Source: Scyliorhinus canicula
Taxonomy: Eukaryota
Direction of reading: 5' to 3'
DNA: 64,000 nt
NCBI RefSeq assembly: GCF_902713615.1
Contig: NW_024055498.1
Location: forward strand, 4,768,554-4,832,553
Part shown: positions 11,400 to 22,278 of the stretch, one piece after another
Layout of the letters: each line of letters opens with the position of its first letter
Numbering within the stretch: position 1 is the first letter of the stretch
Program-made: the position numbers and the translations under genes
The notes under the pieces: model-generated
What the model saw: only the letters and a program-made list of their open reading frames with translations
The model's database searches: none
What the model was told of the DNA's origin: nothing

Positions 11400-12525
11400 C
11401 ACTCCAGCCGTTACTCAGTTACTCACTCACCCGCACTCACTCTCCTACTCTCACTCAGTTACTCACTCACCCGCACTCACTCTCCTACCCTCACTCAGTT
11501 ACTCACCCACCCACACTCACTCTCCTACCTTCATTCAGTTACTCACTCACCCACACTCACTCTCCTACCCTCACTCAGTTACTCACTCACCCACACTCAC
11601 TCTCCTACCCTCACTCAGTTACTCACTCACCCACACTCACTCTCCTATCCTCACTCAGTTACCCACTCATCCACACTCACTCTCCTACCCTCACTCAGTT
11701 ACTCACTCACCCGCACTCACTCTCCTACCCTCACTCAGTTACTCACTCACCCGCACTCACTCTCCTACCCTCACTCAGTTATTCACTCACCCGCACTCAC
11801 TCTCCTATCTTCACTCAGTTACTCACGCACCTGCACTCACTCTCCTACCCTCACTCAGTTACCCACTCACCCACACTCACTCCCCTACCCTCACTCAGTT
11901 ACCCACTCACCCACAGTCACTCCCCTACCCTCACTCAGTTACTCACTCACCCACACTCACTCTCCTACCCTCACTCAGTTACCCACTCACCCACACTCAC
12001 TCTCCTACACTCACTCAGTTACTCACTCACCCACCTTCACTCTCCTACCCTCACTCAGTTACTCACTCAACCGCACTCACTCTCCTACCCTCACTCAGTT
12101 ACCCACTCACCCGCACTCACTCTCCTACCCTCACTCAGTTACTCACTCACCCACACTCACTCTCCTACCCTCACTCAGTTACTCATTCGCCCACACTCAC
12201 TCCCCTACCCTCACTCAGTTACTCACTCACCCACACTCACTCTCCTATCCTCACTCAGTTACTCACTCACCCGCACTCACTCTCCTATCTTCACTCAGTT
12301 ACTCACTCACGCGCACTCACTCTCCCACCCTCACTCAGTTACTCACTCACTCTCCTACCCTCACTCAGTTACTCACTCACCCGCACTCACTCTCCTATCT
12401 TCACTCAGTTACTCACTCAACCGCACTCACTCTCCTGCCCTCACTCAGTTACTCACTCACCCACACTCACTCTCCTACCCTCACTCACTCACCCACACTC
12501 ACTCTCCTACCCTCCTCACTTACTC
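11400..12525 (+). repeat. 40-bp minisatellite TCACTCAGTTACTCACTCACCCACACTCACTCTCCTACCC (~28 units)
   Basis: Period 40 is visible in the 10-nt blocks from 11521 onwards. Confidence 0.95.
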
Positions 12526-12544
12526 ACACATCCTCTCTCACTGA

Positions 12545-13150
12545 TGCTCAGGAAATGGGCAAGGGAGCGTCTGCAACGGGGGAGGAATGGAGAACTGGAG
12601 CGAAACTGATGACGAGTGGCGCCCGAATGTGGCTGCATGACTCGGGATTGCCCGGAGCCGGAGGAAAGTGCAGAGAGCCGGGGGAAGGCGCAGAAAGCCG
12701 GGGGGAGGAGCAGAGAGCCGGGGGAAGGGGCAGAGAGCCGGGGGAAGGGGCAGAGAGCTGGGGAAGGTGCAGAGAGCCGGTGGAGTAGCAGAGAGCCGGA
12801 GGAAAATCCATGGAGTGGGTCATAAGCGATAAGAATCGGGGGAAAGCGAACCGTGCTGGTGAAAAGATCAGAAAGCCCGCACAAAGTGCCAGGAACCGGG
12901 AAAAGCATAAAGAACTGGGAAAAGTGCAGCACACATGGGCAAAACACAAAGAGCAGGATGACAATGCGGAGTCGAGAGAAAGTGCAGAGATGCGGAGGAA
13001 AGCGCAGAGAGCCGTGAAAAAGAGCAGAGAGCTAAAAGAAAGTGAAGGGACCAGGAGAAAGGTACAGAAATCCAGCGGGAACGGCAGAGAGATGGGGGAA
13101 CGCACAGGGAGCGCGGGGCGGGGTGCGGGGGGATTGCAGACAACCCGGTG
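12545..13150 (+). repeat. Purine/G-rich tract with core 20-bp repeat CAGAGAGCCGGGGGAAGGGG (~6-7 units, 12671-12800)
   Basis: Abrupt switch from C-rich to G/A-rich top strand at ~12545; period-20 units are readable. Confidence 0.85.
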
Positions 13151-13327
13151 TCAGTGACAGGCGGAATGTGAAACTGCACAATCAACACAGGCAGGAGCTT
13201 ACTGAATGGGGAGGAGACTCGACAGACCGAATGGCCGACTCCTGCTGTTAATGTGCATGATCCTAAAATTAGAGAATGTTGCAATTACTCAAATGTAGAG
13301 TTTTATTGTAATTATATAAATGTGCAT

Positions 13328-13704
13328 TCAGTTAGCTGGATTGTGACGTACACAGCTCAGTTAGCTGGATTGTGACGTACACAGTTCAGTTAGCTGGATT
13401 GTGACGTACACAGCGCAGTCAACTGGATTGTGACGTACACTGCTCAGTCAGCTGGATTGTGACGTACACAACTCAGTCAGCTGGATTGTGACGTACACAA
13501 CTCAGTCAGCTGGATTGTGACGTTCACAGCTCAGTCAGCAGGACTGTGACGTACACAGCTCATTTAGCTGGACTTTGACGTACACAGCTCAGTTAGCTGG
13601 ATTGTGACGTACACAGCTCAGTTAGCTGGATTGTGACATACACAGCTCAGTTTGCTGGATTGTGACGTACACAGCTCAGTTTGCTGGATTGTAACGGACA
13701 CAGC
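13328..13704 (+). repeat. 29-bp tandem array TCAGTTAGCTGGATTGTGACGTACACAGC x13
   Basis: 13 units counted at 29-bp spacing; runs directly into the SINE head at 13701-13716. Confidence 0.97.
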
Positions 13705-13915
13705 TCAGTCAGCTGGGCGGCTGGTTCGTGATGAAGATCAATCCCAGCAGCGCGGGTTCAATTGCTGCACCGGCTGAGGTTATTGATAAAGACCCCCATT
13801 CTCAATCTTTGCCCTGGCCTGAGGTGTGGTGACCCTCAGGTTAAATCACTACCAGTCAGCTCTCAAAAGGAGAGAGCAGACTCCGGGTCTATGGGACATT
13901 ACATTTTGTTTTACA
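13701..13915 (+). mobile_element. tRNA-derived SINE family E (other copies 33718-33950, 55555-55660, 60718-60935; reversed fragment ~28300-28420)
   Basis: A-box-like agctcagt..gctgg, B-box-like gggttcaatt, and shared body cctgaggtgtggtga(c/t)cctcaggttaaatc. Confidence 0.8.
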
Positions 13916-13970
13916 TGATGGCTGACATAATGGGGAAAATCATCCGCTCTTCGCTTTCGCTTTCAATCCA

Positions 13971-13978
13971 ATGCAAAT
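13971..13978 (+). promoter_or_regulatory. Perfect octamer ATGCAAAT in the J-C intron (candidate intronic enhancer site)
   Basis: Exact match 251 bp upstream of Cmu1; function not demonstrable from sequence. Confidence 0.4.
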
Positions 13979-14228
13979 TACATCATTCAGGTTACATCAA
14001 CATGTTGTTTTTATGTGATAGAGACGGAGAAAGATGTGAGTTTCTAATGAGGGGCAAACGGGTGTTGGTTCTCAAATGATAGAACTAATAGAAGCTGAAA
14101 TGTAGATGTAACATTTGTTAGGAAAATGTTGGAATAAACACATAGTTCTCGTCAAATTTTGAAATGTTTGGTTACTGAATAAATACAATCCCAGAGTCTA
14201 ACCTGTTGAATGGGCCATTCTCTCCCAG

Positions 14229-14528
14229 CGACACCGTCTCCGCCCACTCTCTACAGCCTGGTCTCCTCCTGCCAGCAACACAACACCGACGGCTCCGTGA
14301 CCTTCGGCTGTTTGGCGATGGACTACTCCCCAGAAATCACCAGCCTTACCTGGAAGAAAGATGGGCAGCTGATCGCCACTGGAGTTAAGAAATACCCGTC
14401 AGTGAGAAACAAGAAGGGAACCTACACCCTGAGCAGCCAGTTAACCATCACCGAGTCAGAGGGGGAATGCAGCAAAATCAGCTGTGAGGTTCGACACAGC
14501 GGCTCAGCCAAGAGCATTGGAATGACAT
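14229..14528 (+). CDS. IGHM: Cmu1 exon
   Basis: ctctcccAG acceptor, T|GTAAGT donor, 300 nt. [15 protein letters not shown]...[10 protein letters not shown]...WKKDG...ISCEVRH; Ig C1-set Cys/Trp plus the L-chain-binding Cys. Confidence 0.96.
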
Positions 14529-14735
14529 GTAAGTGTTGTGGAATCTGTGAGAATCAGAAACCTATGATTATCTTGTATAGGGTCTTGGATATAACTAATT
14601 TTAATACTCTGCATATTTCTGATCCCTGGAAAATCAAGCTTTGTGTCTATTGACCACAAACATGTTTTAAAGCATATGAACTCATGTTTTTCATCAATTT
14701 CTTCTGCAAGAAATATCTAATTGTGTTTCTTGAAG

Positions 14736-15044
14736 GTCCCAGAATTTATGCTCCAAATGTTCTCCTCACCGTGAGTTCCAGTGAAGAAATCACAAGACAG
14801 AAATTTGCAACCATCGTCTGTTCAATTAACGATTTCCAGCCAAATTCAATCACGGTGAAGTGGCTGAAGAATGGACAACCCATGGGGTTAGGAATTGTCA
14901 CCTCTCCCGCCTGTGAAGTGAACGGGAACTTCTCAGCGAGCAGTCGGCTGACACTCTCCGCTGGGGAATGGTTCAGCAGAGCGGTCTATACCTGCCAGGT
15001 CACTCATCAAGAGGTCACCCAAAGTTACAACATCACCGCGTCTG
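14736..15044 (+). CDS. IGHM: Cmu2 exon
   Basis: tttcttgaAG acceptor, G|GTAAGA donor, 309 nt. CPRIYAPNV...[10 protein letters not shown]...WLKNG...YTCQVTH. Confidence 0.95.
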
Positions 15045-15658
15045 GTAAGAGACACAAACAGAGGAAAGAATAAATCATCCTGCATTCTGATGTTAATCCA
15101 AATCAGGAATTTACTGAAGTTAGTACAAAGCACAGAATAACTTCTAATTTACTGCCATGTAGTTTGTGTTTCATTCTGATGGAAAAGCTGCATTAGGATT
15201 GCTCACCATTCAGGATTTGATCAGTATAGAAATACATGTTTCGCTCTAATTTGAAGTCATTTAGTGAGTGAGGTGGCCTTGATATCAGCTTTATCCTGAG
15301 ACCGCTGCTTATATTTGAGAGTCAGTGGGTGTCTGAAACACTTTACTGATAACAGCTCCGGGACGAAAGTGTTGGAAAGTTCAATCCAATCTATTTATAA
15401 ATAAGCCCTCAGTACTTCGTTCCTGAGATCAGCACTTGTATTGGGAATGCTGCAATACTGATTCGTTAGAATGGCATCGGGGCTGACTGTATTTCATAAT
15501 GAGAAGAGTTTACACTGACCAAACGTGTATAGAAGATTAATGGCGATCATTAGAAGTCTCGAAGTTGATTCATTCCCATTGAGTGAGTGAAGGCTGAATC
15601 CTGCTGTCCTGATTCTGAAGATGAAACTTGGGTTGATTTCCACTTTTTTCATTCACAG

Positions 15659-15967
15659 ATCCTTCCGTTTGCACTGTTGCCTCAGTAACAATACTGCCAC
15701 CACCAATAGAACAGGTCTTGCTGGAGGCGACTGTAACCTTAACCTGCGTCATTTCGAATGGTCCTTATGGAGTCAACGTGTCCTGGAGTGAAGCGAAGAA
15801 GCCGCTGAAATCAGAGATTGCCGACCAGCCTGGGGCAGATACTGAGAGCGTGGTCAGCAAATTAAACATCTCCACACAAGCCTGGCTGAGCGGGGCTGTG
15901 TTTGACTGTGTGGCGAGCCATCAGGACCTGCCAACTCCTTTAAGAATTTCAATCCACAAAAAAATAG
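15659..15967 (+). CDS. IGHM: Cmu3 exon
   Basis: ttcattcacAG acceptor, G|GTGAGC donor, 309 nt. [30 protein letters not shown]...[13 protein letters not shown]. Confidence 0.96.
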
Positions 15968-16182
15968 GTGAGCGGTGAGACTGAAGCAATAAGTGAGTCA
16001 TTGTGTCTATTTCTGGTGTCAGTGCAGCGGTCAGTATTTAGCATTCAGTGTATTTATGGTCCATTCTGATTGGTAATTCCACTAACTAAATACTCTGGGC
16101 CCTCAGAGTTTAAGGGGGAAATTGATATATAGATGAATGAACAATGAATGAAAAGCAGTGATGTTGGGTGTAGCTGGAGCGA

Positions 16183-17375
16183 AACCATAGACCACAAGAT
16201 TTAGGAGCAGATGGAGGCCATTGGGCCCATCAACAGCGGCCCAGCCTTCAGTGAGGTCATGACTGATCTGCTGTGATAATCTTCAACTCCTCTTTCCCAC
16301 CTTATCCCCATATCTCTTGACGCTTTTACTAATTGAAAATGTTTCTCTCTCAACCTTGAACATACTGAACAACCCAGAATCTCCAGCCCCCTGGGTTAAA
16401 TAATTCCACAGCTTCACTACCCTCTGAGAGAGGAAATTCCTTCTCATCTCGGTCTGAAATGGGCGAACTCACTTTGCGACCATGCACGCTGCTCCTAGAC
16501 GCTCCTACAAGGGAAAACAATCTGTCAGCGTCTATCCTAAGAAGCTCCCGGAGAATATTTCATGTCTCGATTAGGCCGCCTTCATTCTTCTAAACTCCAA
16601 TATGTACAACCCAAAATACTTAACCTCTCCCCATAAGAAAATCCCTCCATACTCGGGATCAACCTCGTGATCCTTCTCTGGACTGCCCTCAAAACCAATC
16701 TGTCTTCCTCAGATAAGGGCAACAAAACTATTCAAAGTGTATCCGGTGTAGACTAACTAATGTCTTGTATAGTTTTAGCCAGACTTCCCCATGTTTATAT
16801 TCTATTCCCTTTGAAATAAATGTCAACATTCAATTTGTCTCCATATTACCTGCAGAATTTGCTTTTTTGTGGTTTCTGCGCGAGGACCCCCAATTCCCCC
16901 GTTACTTCAGCTTTCTACAGTCTTTCTCCATCTAAATAATATTCCGTTATGTTCTTCCTCCTCCCGAAGTGGCTAACCTCACATTTTCCAACATTGTGTC
17001 CCATCTGCCAAGTTTTAACTCAGTGACTGAAGCCGTCTCTGTCCCTCTGTGGATTTTCTGTAACCTCACCACTTGCCTTCCTATTTTTGTCATCTGCAGC
17101 TGTGTGAATAGTGCATTCATTTATTAAACACAGTTTTGAAATTCATGTATATTACATCTACTGATTCCCCTCTCTCTCGCCTTCTCCTTATCACCTCAAA
17201 CAATTGCAATCAATTTGTCAGGCATGATTTACCCTTCACGAAGCCGTGCAGACCCTGCTTGATTATACTCTGTATGTCTAAATGCTCAGCTACTGAGGTC
17301 CCTGGCCTATAGTTACCTGTTTTTGTCTCCCTCCCTTTTGAATAAGGGTGTTACATTGGCAGTTTTCCAATCCTC
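16183..17375 (-). mobile_element. Decayed CR1 LINE 3' portion in the Cmu3-Cmu4 intron
   Basis: Reverse CR1 tail (accatagaccacaagatttaggagcag...ggccatt) followed by RT-region remnants. Confidence 0.75.
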
Positions 17376-17669
17376 TTGAGGTAGGGGGAGTTTGATGTGG
17401 AGTTTATACACCAGCACAGAACAGTTGGGCCGAATGGCCTGTTTCCCTGCTGTACATTTTCTGAAACTTTCGAATCCAATATCCGTAAATTCTCAGGGAA
17501 AAGGATTGTGTCCACCTCTGCTCCGAGCTGGGAAACCGGACAGATCCCAAAGTGGAAAATGGAAACCTTTAAAATCCAACACAAAACACATTTCTCTCAC
17601 ATCTAACCCGCGGTTCCATTGTCTCCGGAATTCCCCATTTTATTAACATTTATTGTACATTTTCTGCAG

Positions 17670-18061
17670 ATCCCAATCCGCGGGAACCGTCCGTCTCTGT
17701 CCTCCTGCCCTCGGCTGAAGACGTCTCCGCTCAGAGATTCGTCTCCCTCAGCTGCTTAGTGAGAGGTTTCTCCCCCCGAGAGATCTTCGTCAAGTGGACC
17801 GTCAATGACAAGCCGGTGAATCCCGGCAACTACAAGAACACCGAGGTGACGGCGGAGAACGGCAATAGCTCCTTCTTCATGTACAGCCTGTTATCCATTG
17901 CAGCGGAGGAGTGGGCCAGCGGCGCTTCTTACTCCTGTGTGGTGGGACATGAAGCCATCCCCTTGAAGATCATCAACAGAACGGTTGATAAATCCAGCGG
18001 TAAACCCAGTTTTGTGAACATTTCCCTCGCTCTGATGGACACCGTTAATTCATGTCAATGA
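17670..18061 (+). CDS. IGHM: Cmu4 exon plus secretory tailpiece (internal TM splice donor after 17999)
   Basis: tttctgcAG acceptor; [15 protein letters not shown]...SCLVRGFSP...YSCVVGHEA...DKSSG|[19 protein letters not shown]. The tail has an N-glycan sequon and penultimate Cys; donor G|GTAAAC. Confidence 0.97.
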
Positions 18062-18088
18062 GAATCTGTTGGTTATATTTCGAATTAA

Positions 18089-18103
18089 AATAAAAATAAT
18101 AAA
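18089..18103 (+). terminator. Secretory-form poly(A) signals
   Basis: AATAAA at 18089-18094 and 18098-18103, ~30 bp after the stop. Confidence 0.85.
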
Positions 18104-18504
18104 GTTTTTTCCCTCCAATTGTGATTTAAATACACAGCCGCTTAATTAATGGTGCTTCCACTTTGCTGATATTAGATCTGTTCAATGAGACCCGGATTTC
18201 TACAGGTCTCGGCCCCAAGTCTGATACAACCAGAGCTCCCAGCTCAGATACACCCTGGGTTAGAGACAGAGTAAAGCTCATTCATTCCAGGATTCAGCAA
18301 AATATCTTCATTGACTTTCCTCCAGATGAGGAGAAATCGGACAATTTCATCACATCAACAAACCCATCACATTTAGATCTCGGTGTTCCTGTTTCTCTCA
18401 TTGTCCATCCCTTTAAAATTAATGTCAGCTTTAAGTTGCTGCATGAGACCCACTGGGAACTGATTTGAGGGTCACACAGAAACATGGACCAACAATCTCC
18501 AGTC

Positions 18505-19480
18505 AAAGAGAGGGGAAAGTGAAATTGTTAATCCACTGTACCCCCACCTCCCCAACAGAGAGAGCGGGAGGGGTATTAGTTATTCCACTGTCTCCCCACC
18601 CACCCACCCACCTCCCACACAGAGAGAGGGGGAAGGGCATTAGTTCATCCACTGTACCCCCACTTCCCCAGTAGAGGGAGGGGGAGGGGTATTAGTTAAT
18701 CCACTGTACCCCCACTTCCCCAATAGAGAGATGGTCTTTAGTTAATTTACTGTACCCCCACTTCCCCAACATAGAGAGTAGGAGGAGCTTTAGTTAATCC
18801 ACTGTACCCCCAATTCGCCAACAAAGAGAGGAGAGGGGGGCATTAGTTAATCCACTGTACCCCACCTCACCAACAGAGAGTGGGAGGGGCTTTAGTTAAT
18901 ACACTGTACCCCCACTTCACCAACAAAGAGAGGGGCATTAGTTAATCCATTGTCTCCCCACGTCCCCAACAAAGAGAGGGGTTGGGGCATTACTTAACAC
19001 ACTGTACCCCCACTTCCCCAGCAAAGCGAGGGGAGGAGCATTAGTTAACACACTGTGCCCCCACTTCCCCAGCAAAGCGAGGGGAGGAGCATTAGTTAAC
19101 ACACTGTGCCCCCACTTCCCCAGAAAAGCGAGGGGAGGAGCATTAGTTAACACATTGTGCCCCCACTTCCCCAACAAAGAGACGGTGGTGGGCTGAGTTA
19201 ATCCACTGTACATCCGCTTCTAACAATGAGGGGGGGGTGTAAATTAGTTAATCCACTGTACATCCGCTTCCAACAATGAGGGGGGTGTACATTAGTTAAT
19301 CCACTGGACACCCGCTTCCAACAATGAGTGGAAGGACATTATTTAATCCACTGCCTCCCCACTTCCCCAACAAAGAGAGCAAAGGGGCAATACTAACACA
19401 TTTTACCTCCACTTTCCCAACCAAAAGAGGAGGAAGGTGATGAGTGAACTCTCTGTATCTCCACCTCCAACAGGGAGAAC
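18505..19480 (+). repeat. ~50-bp tandem repeat (TTAGTTAATCCACTGTACCCCCACTTCCCCAACAGAGAGAGGGGAGGGGCA-like), ~19 units
   Basis: Recurring ttagttaa(t/c)(c/a)cactgt every 45-64 bp. Confidence 0.92.
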
Positions 19481-19919
19481 CCAAAGGCAATTTGCTGACC
19501 TGACCAGAGAGAGGGAGATTATTAACTCAATATCTTCCCAGTCCCCAAGCAGGGAGTTTGGAAGTAAACGGTTGTCTGGACTAAGAACTCAGTTACTGAC
19601 ATTACAAGACGCCCTGTAGTTTACAGGCTGAAACATTATAAAGATGTTCTTAAAATATCTATTTATGCAACATAATTTTTTTAGCACCCTTGTTCCTCTT
19701 ATCCGTATGCTAAGACCGATTCCCCATAATCCAAATCCAGACTGGTGATTGAATTCTCCCTGGGTTTTCACTGTTCTCTCCCGAGGAGCCTCCTTGAGTT
19801 TTTGCATTAGGTCACCTGATGTCAGCTTGCAACTCACGGAAAACACATTTATAAGCAGAAAGTTCAACATATTCTACATCGGTATCAATAATACCCACAA
19901 CTGGCAAAGCTACAGGCAG

Positions 19920-20480
19920 CTGATACAAATACACAGACAGATACACAGACACAGACACTACACACACATGCACACAGACCCAGAAACACACACACGCTCA
20001 CAAGTAGACACAAACACACACATGGACACACACATAGAAACACATGCACAAACATACACCCAGGCACAACGGACCACACATATTTTGACACAAAAACACA
20101 CGCAAATGTGCACAAAAATTCACAAGCATGCACATAAACACAAAAAGCACATGTTTAGAAACACACAGACTCACGTGCACATCCACACATACAAACACAA
20201 TTCCACACACACAAGTGGGTACACGCATGTACACAGACATATACAACCACATGTCCACACAGATACACAGACATATACAACCAGACAAGCAGGCTGACAG
20301 AAGAATATGAAACAGAAATGTAACCAATAACATGTAAATTTGCAGAATTTCACGATGACAGAAATATTTCCATTCAAACAAAGACAATAATCCACACTAA
20401 CGGACACACGTAGATACATATTAGCTGACTCGTACACACGCTAACACGAACACATATGAATACACATAGAGTCATCAACA
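19920..20480 (+). repeat. Low-complexity (CA)-rich tract, with a similar tract at ~20860-21240
   Basis: acacacag/acacatac-rich imperfect microsatellite. Confidence 0.8.
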
Positions 20481-20514
20481 CATCAATAGATAGTTATAAT
20501 CAAACATCAACGCA

Positions 20515-20835
20515 TAAATAGCACTGCTGCCGCACAGCGCCATAATCCCGGGTTCAATTCCAGCCTTGGGTGATTGTCTGTGTGGAGTTCCCACGTTCTG
20601 CCGGGTCTGTTTCTGTTTCCTCCGCGTGCTCTAGTTTCCTCCCACAGTCCAAAGATGTGCAGGTTCGGTGGATTGGCCAGGCTATATTACCGCTTAATGC
20701 CCACAACGTTAGTTGGGATTACGGGGTTCTCGGCAAAGGGCAGGGGCATGCGTCCAGGCAGACTGCTCTTTCGGAGGGTCGGTGCAGACACAATGGGCCG
20801 AATGGCCTCGTTCGGCACAGTAGGGATTATATTTA
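20515..20835 (+). mobile_element. HE1-like V-SINE (long-tail family A), diverged
   Basis: V-SINE core tttcctcccacagtccaaagatgtgcagg...tggattggcc and tail gggccgaatggcct. Confidence 0.85.
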
Positions 20836-21250
20836 ATGATGATTCTATGAAGAAATACACGCATCAACAAACTCACACACACACAAACGCATTTATCCAG
20901 ACACAAACATTTAGACAATGACATGCATGTTGAACGTACAAAGACACATTAACAGTTTCATTACTGGACAGGGAAGTATAAACTTATATTGACATAGGCA
21001 TTAATATATAAACATAGACTTCAACACACAAACACACACAATAAAACACTCATATGTACACATTAACAGAAGATAAACAAAGTTCACAACAGGCGCTGAC
21101 ACACAAATACACAGATCAATACTCCTTGACACATGAACACACACAATGACACTTATAAAGACATCGGGACACAAAAGAAGAGTAACGAAACACGTATTTC
21201 GCATCCACACAGACACAACAGATGAAGAACAAACACAAACGTCAGGCAAT

Positions 21251-21435
21251 GGCGGCACGCTGGCATAGTGGTTAGCACTGCTGCCTCACGCCACCATGGA
21301 CCTGGGGTTGATCCCGCTCCTGGGTCTGTGTCCCTGTGGAGTTTCCCCGTGACCCGTGGGTCTCACGCCGACAACCCAAAGATGTGCAGGGTAGGTGGAT
21401 TGGCCATGTTAAATTGCCCCTTAATTGGAAGAAAT
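21251..21435 (+). mobile_element. Short V-SINE (family B), diverged
   Basis: tRNA head tagtggttagcactgctgcctcac, core, tail aaattgccccttaattgg. Confidence 0.8.
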
Positions 21436-21602
21436 AGGTGACAGAGATCGATTTCCGAGTGTCATGAACTCAACAGTAGATATGCAATAATAAATATATA
21501 AAAGAATGAATTAGCAGCGGGAGAAATTTAAACAAGAATATTAAAAATATATCCTAGATTTATAAACAATCTGATTATATTTATCCGGCTCTATCCTCGT
21601 AG

Positions 21603-21730
21603 ACACCACAGACCACACCTGGACTGAAGACAATGAGGATGATAACGGGAACATCTGGACAACCGCTTCCACATTCATCACCCTGTTCTTCCTGAGCATT
21701 TCCTACAGCGCTGCAGTCACTCTGGTGAAG
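21603..21730 (+). CDS. IGHM: IgM TM1 exon
   Basis: cctcgtAG acceptor (phase 1), AAG|GTGAGA donor. DTTDHTWTEDNEDDNGNIWTTASTFITLFFLSISYSAAVTLVK: acidic spacer plus conserved antigen-receptor TM motif. Confidence 0.97.
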
Positions 21731-21870
21731 GTGAGAAGATTCAATCCACTCACACTTCAAACTGACAGAGGCCGTTTAAAACATCTCTAAATGTTTGATT
21801 GATTAAAAACTCTAACATCAATGTCCCAGATCATAAACATCTGCTTCATCATTTTCTCTCTCTTTTACAG

Positions 21871-21879
21871 ATCAAGTGA
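21871..21879 (+). CDS. IGHM: IgM TM2 exon (IK*)
   Basis: Polypyrimidine tract + acAG acceptor, ATC AAG TGA; cytoplasmic tail K-I-K (KVK in mammals). Confidence 0.93.
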   Translation: MK

Positions 21880-22278
21880 TGGGTTGACGTTCGGACGCTG
21901 TAGATTTCCCTCAGCTGTTTATTATGATCTGTGTGTGACAGAAATACAATATCTCCTCTTGGTGACTCTAACAGTAAAATTCTCTCAGTTTATATTCTGC
22001 ATCTGTAACTGAGACAATCATGGACAGTATTTCTGCTTTTCAGTTTAAAATGGCCGAGATAATTTTGGCTGTATTGTAATTGTAGCTAATAATTTCTCTC
22101 AATGTCTTGTCTAAATAAGTAACGTATCTCGTACCTTATTTACAACAGTTGCCTTCCCTTTATGTTGAGCTCTTGTTCTCTCTCTCTTGTGTCTGTAGCA
22201 GTTGTACATACATTTGGCAGCTCAGAGGGCATGTGTTCTGTTCTCACTGTGACCCTCAATCGTTTTTGTTAACTTCAA

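Noticed and set aside
8453-12609. Long His/Thr/Ser/Leu/Pro-rich ORFs (430, 308, 493, 481 aa)
   Set aside because: They are stop-free translations of C/A-rich minisatellites, open in several frames at once, intronic and without credible starts.
12548-13284. Overlapping ORFs on both strands in the purine-rich tract
   Set aside because: Low-complexity artefacts of the 20-bp repeat.
13328-13704. CRISPR-like appearance of the 29-bp array (and of the ~50-bp array at 18505-19480)
   Set aside because: Units are head-to-tail with no unique spacers, there are no cas genes, and the context is a vertebrate intron.
3389-21879. Alternative identity as IgW, IgNAR, or a germline-joined cluster
   Set aside because: Four C exons with mu-type tailpiece and TM, a conventional VH with WVRQ/GLEW, two D segments, and all six RSS intact with 370-430 bp spacing indicate unrearranged IgM.
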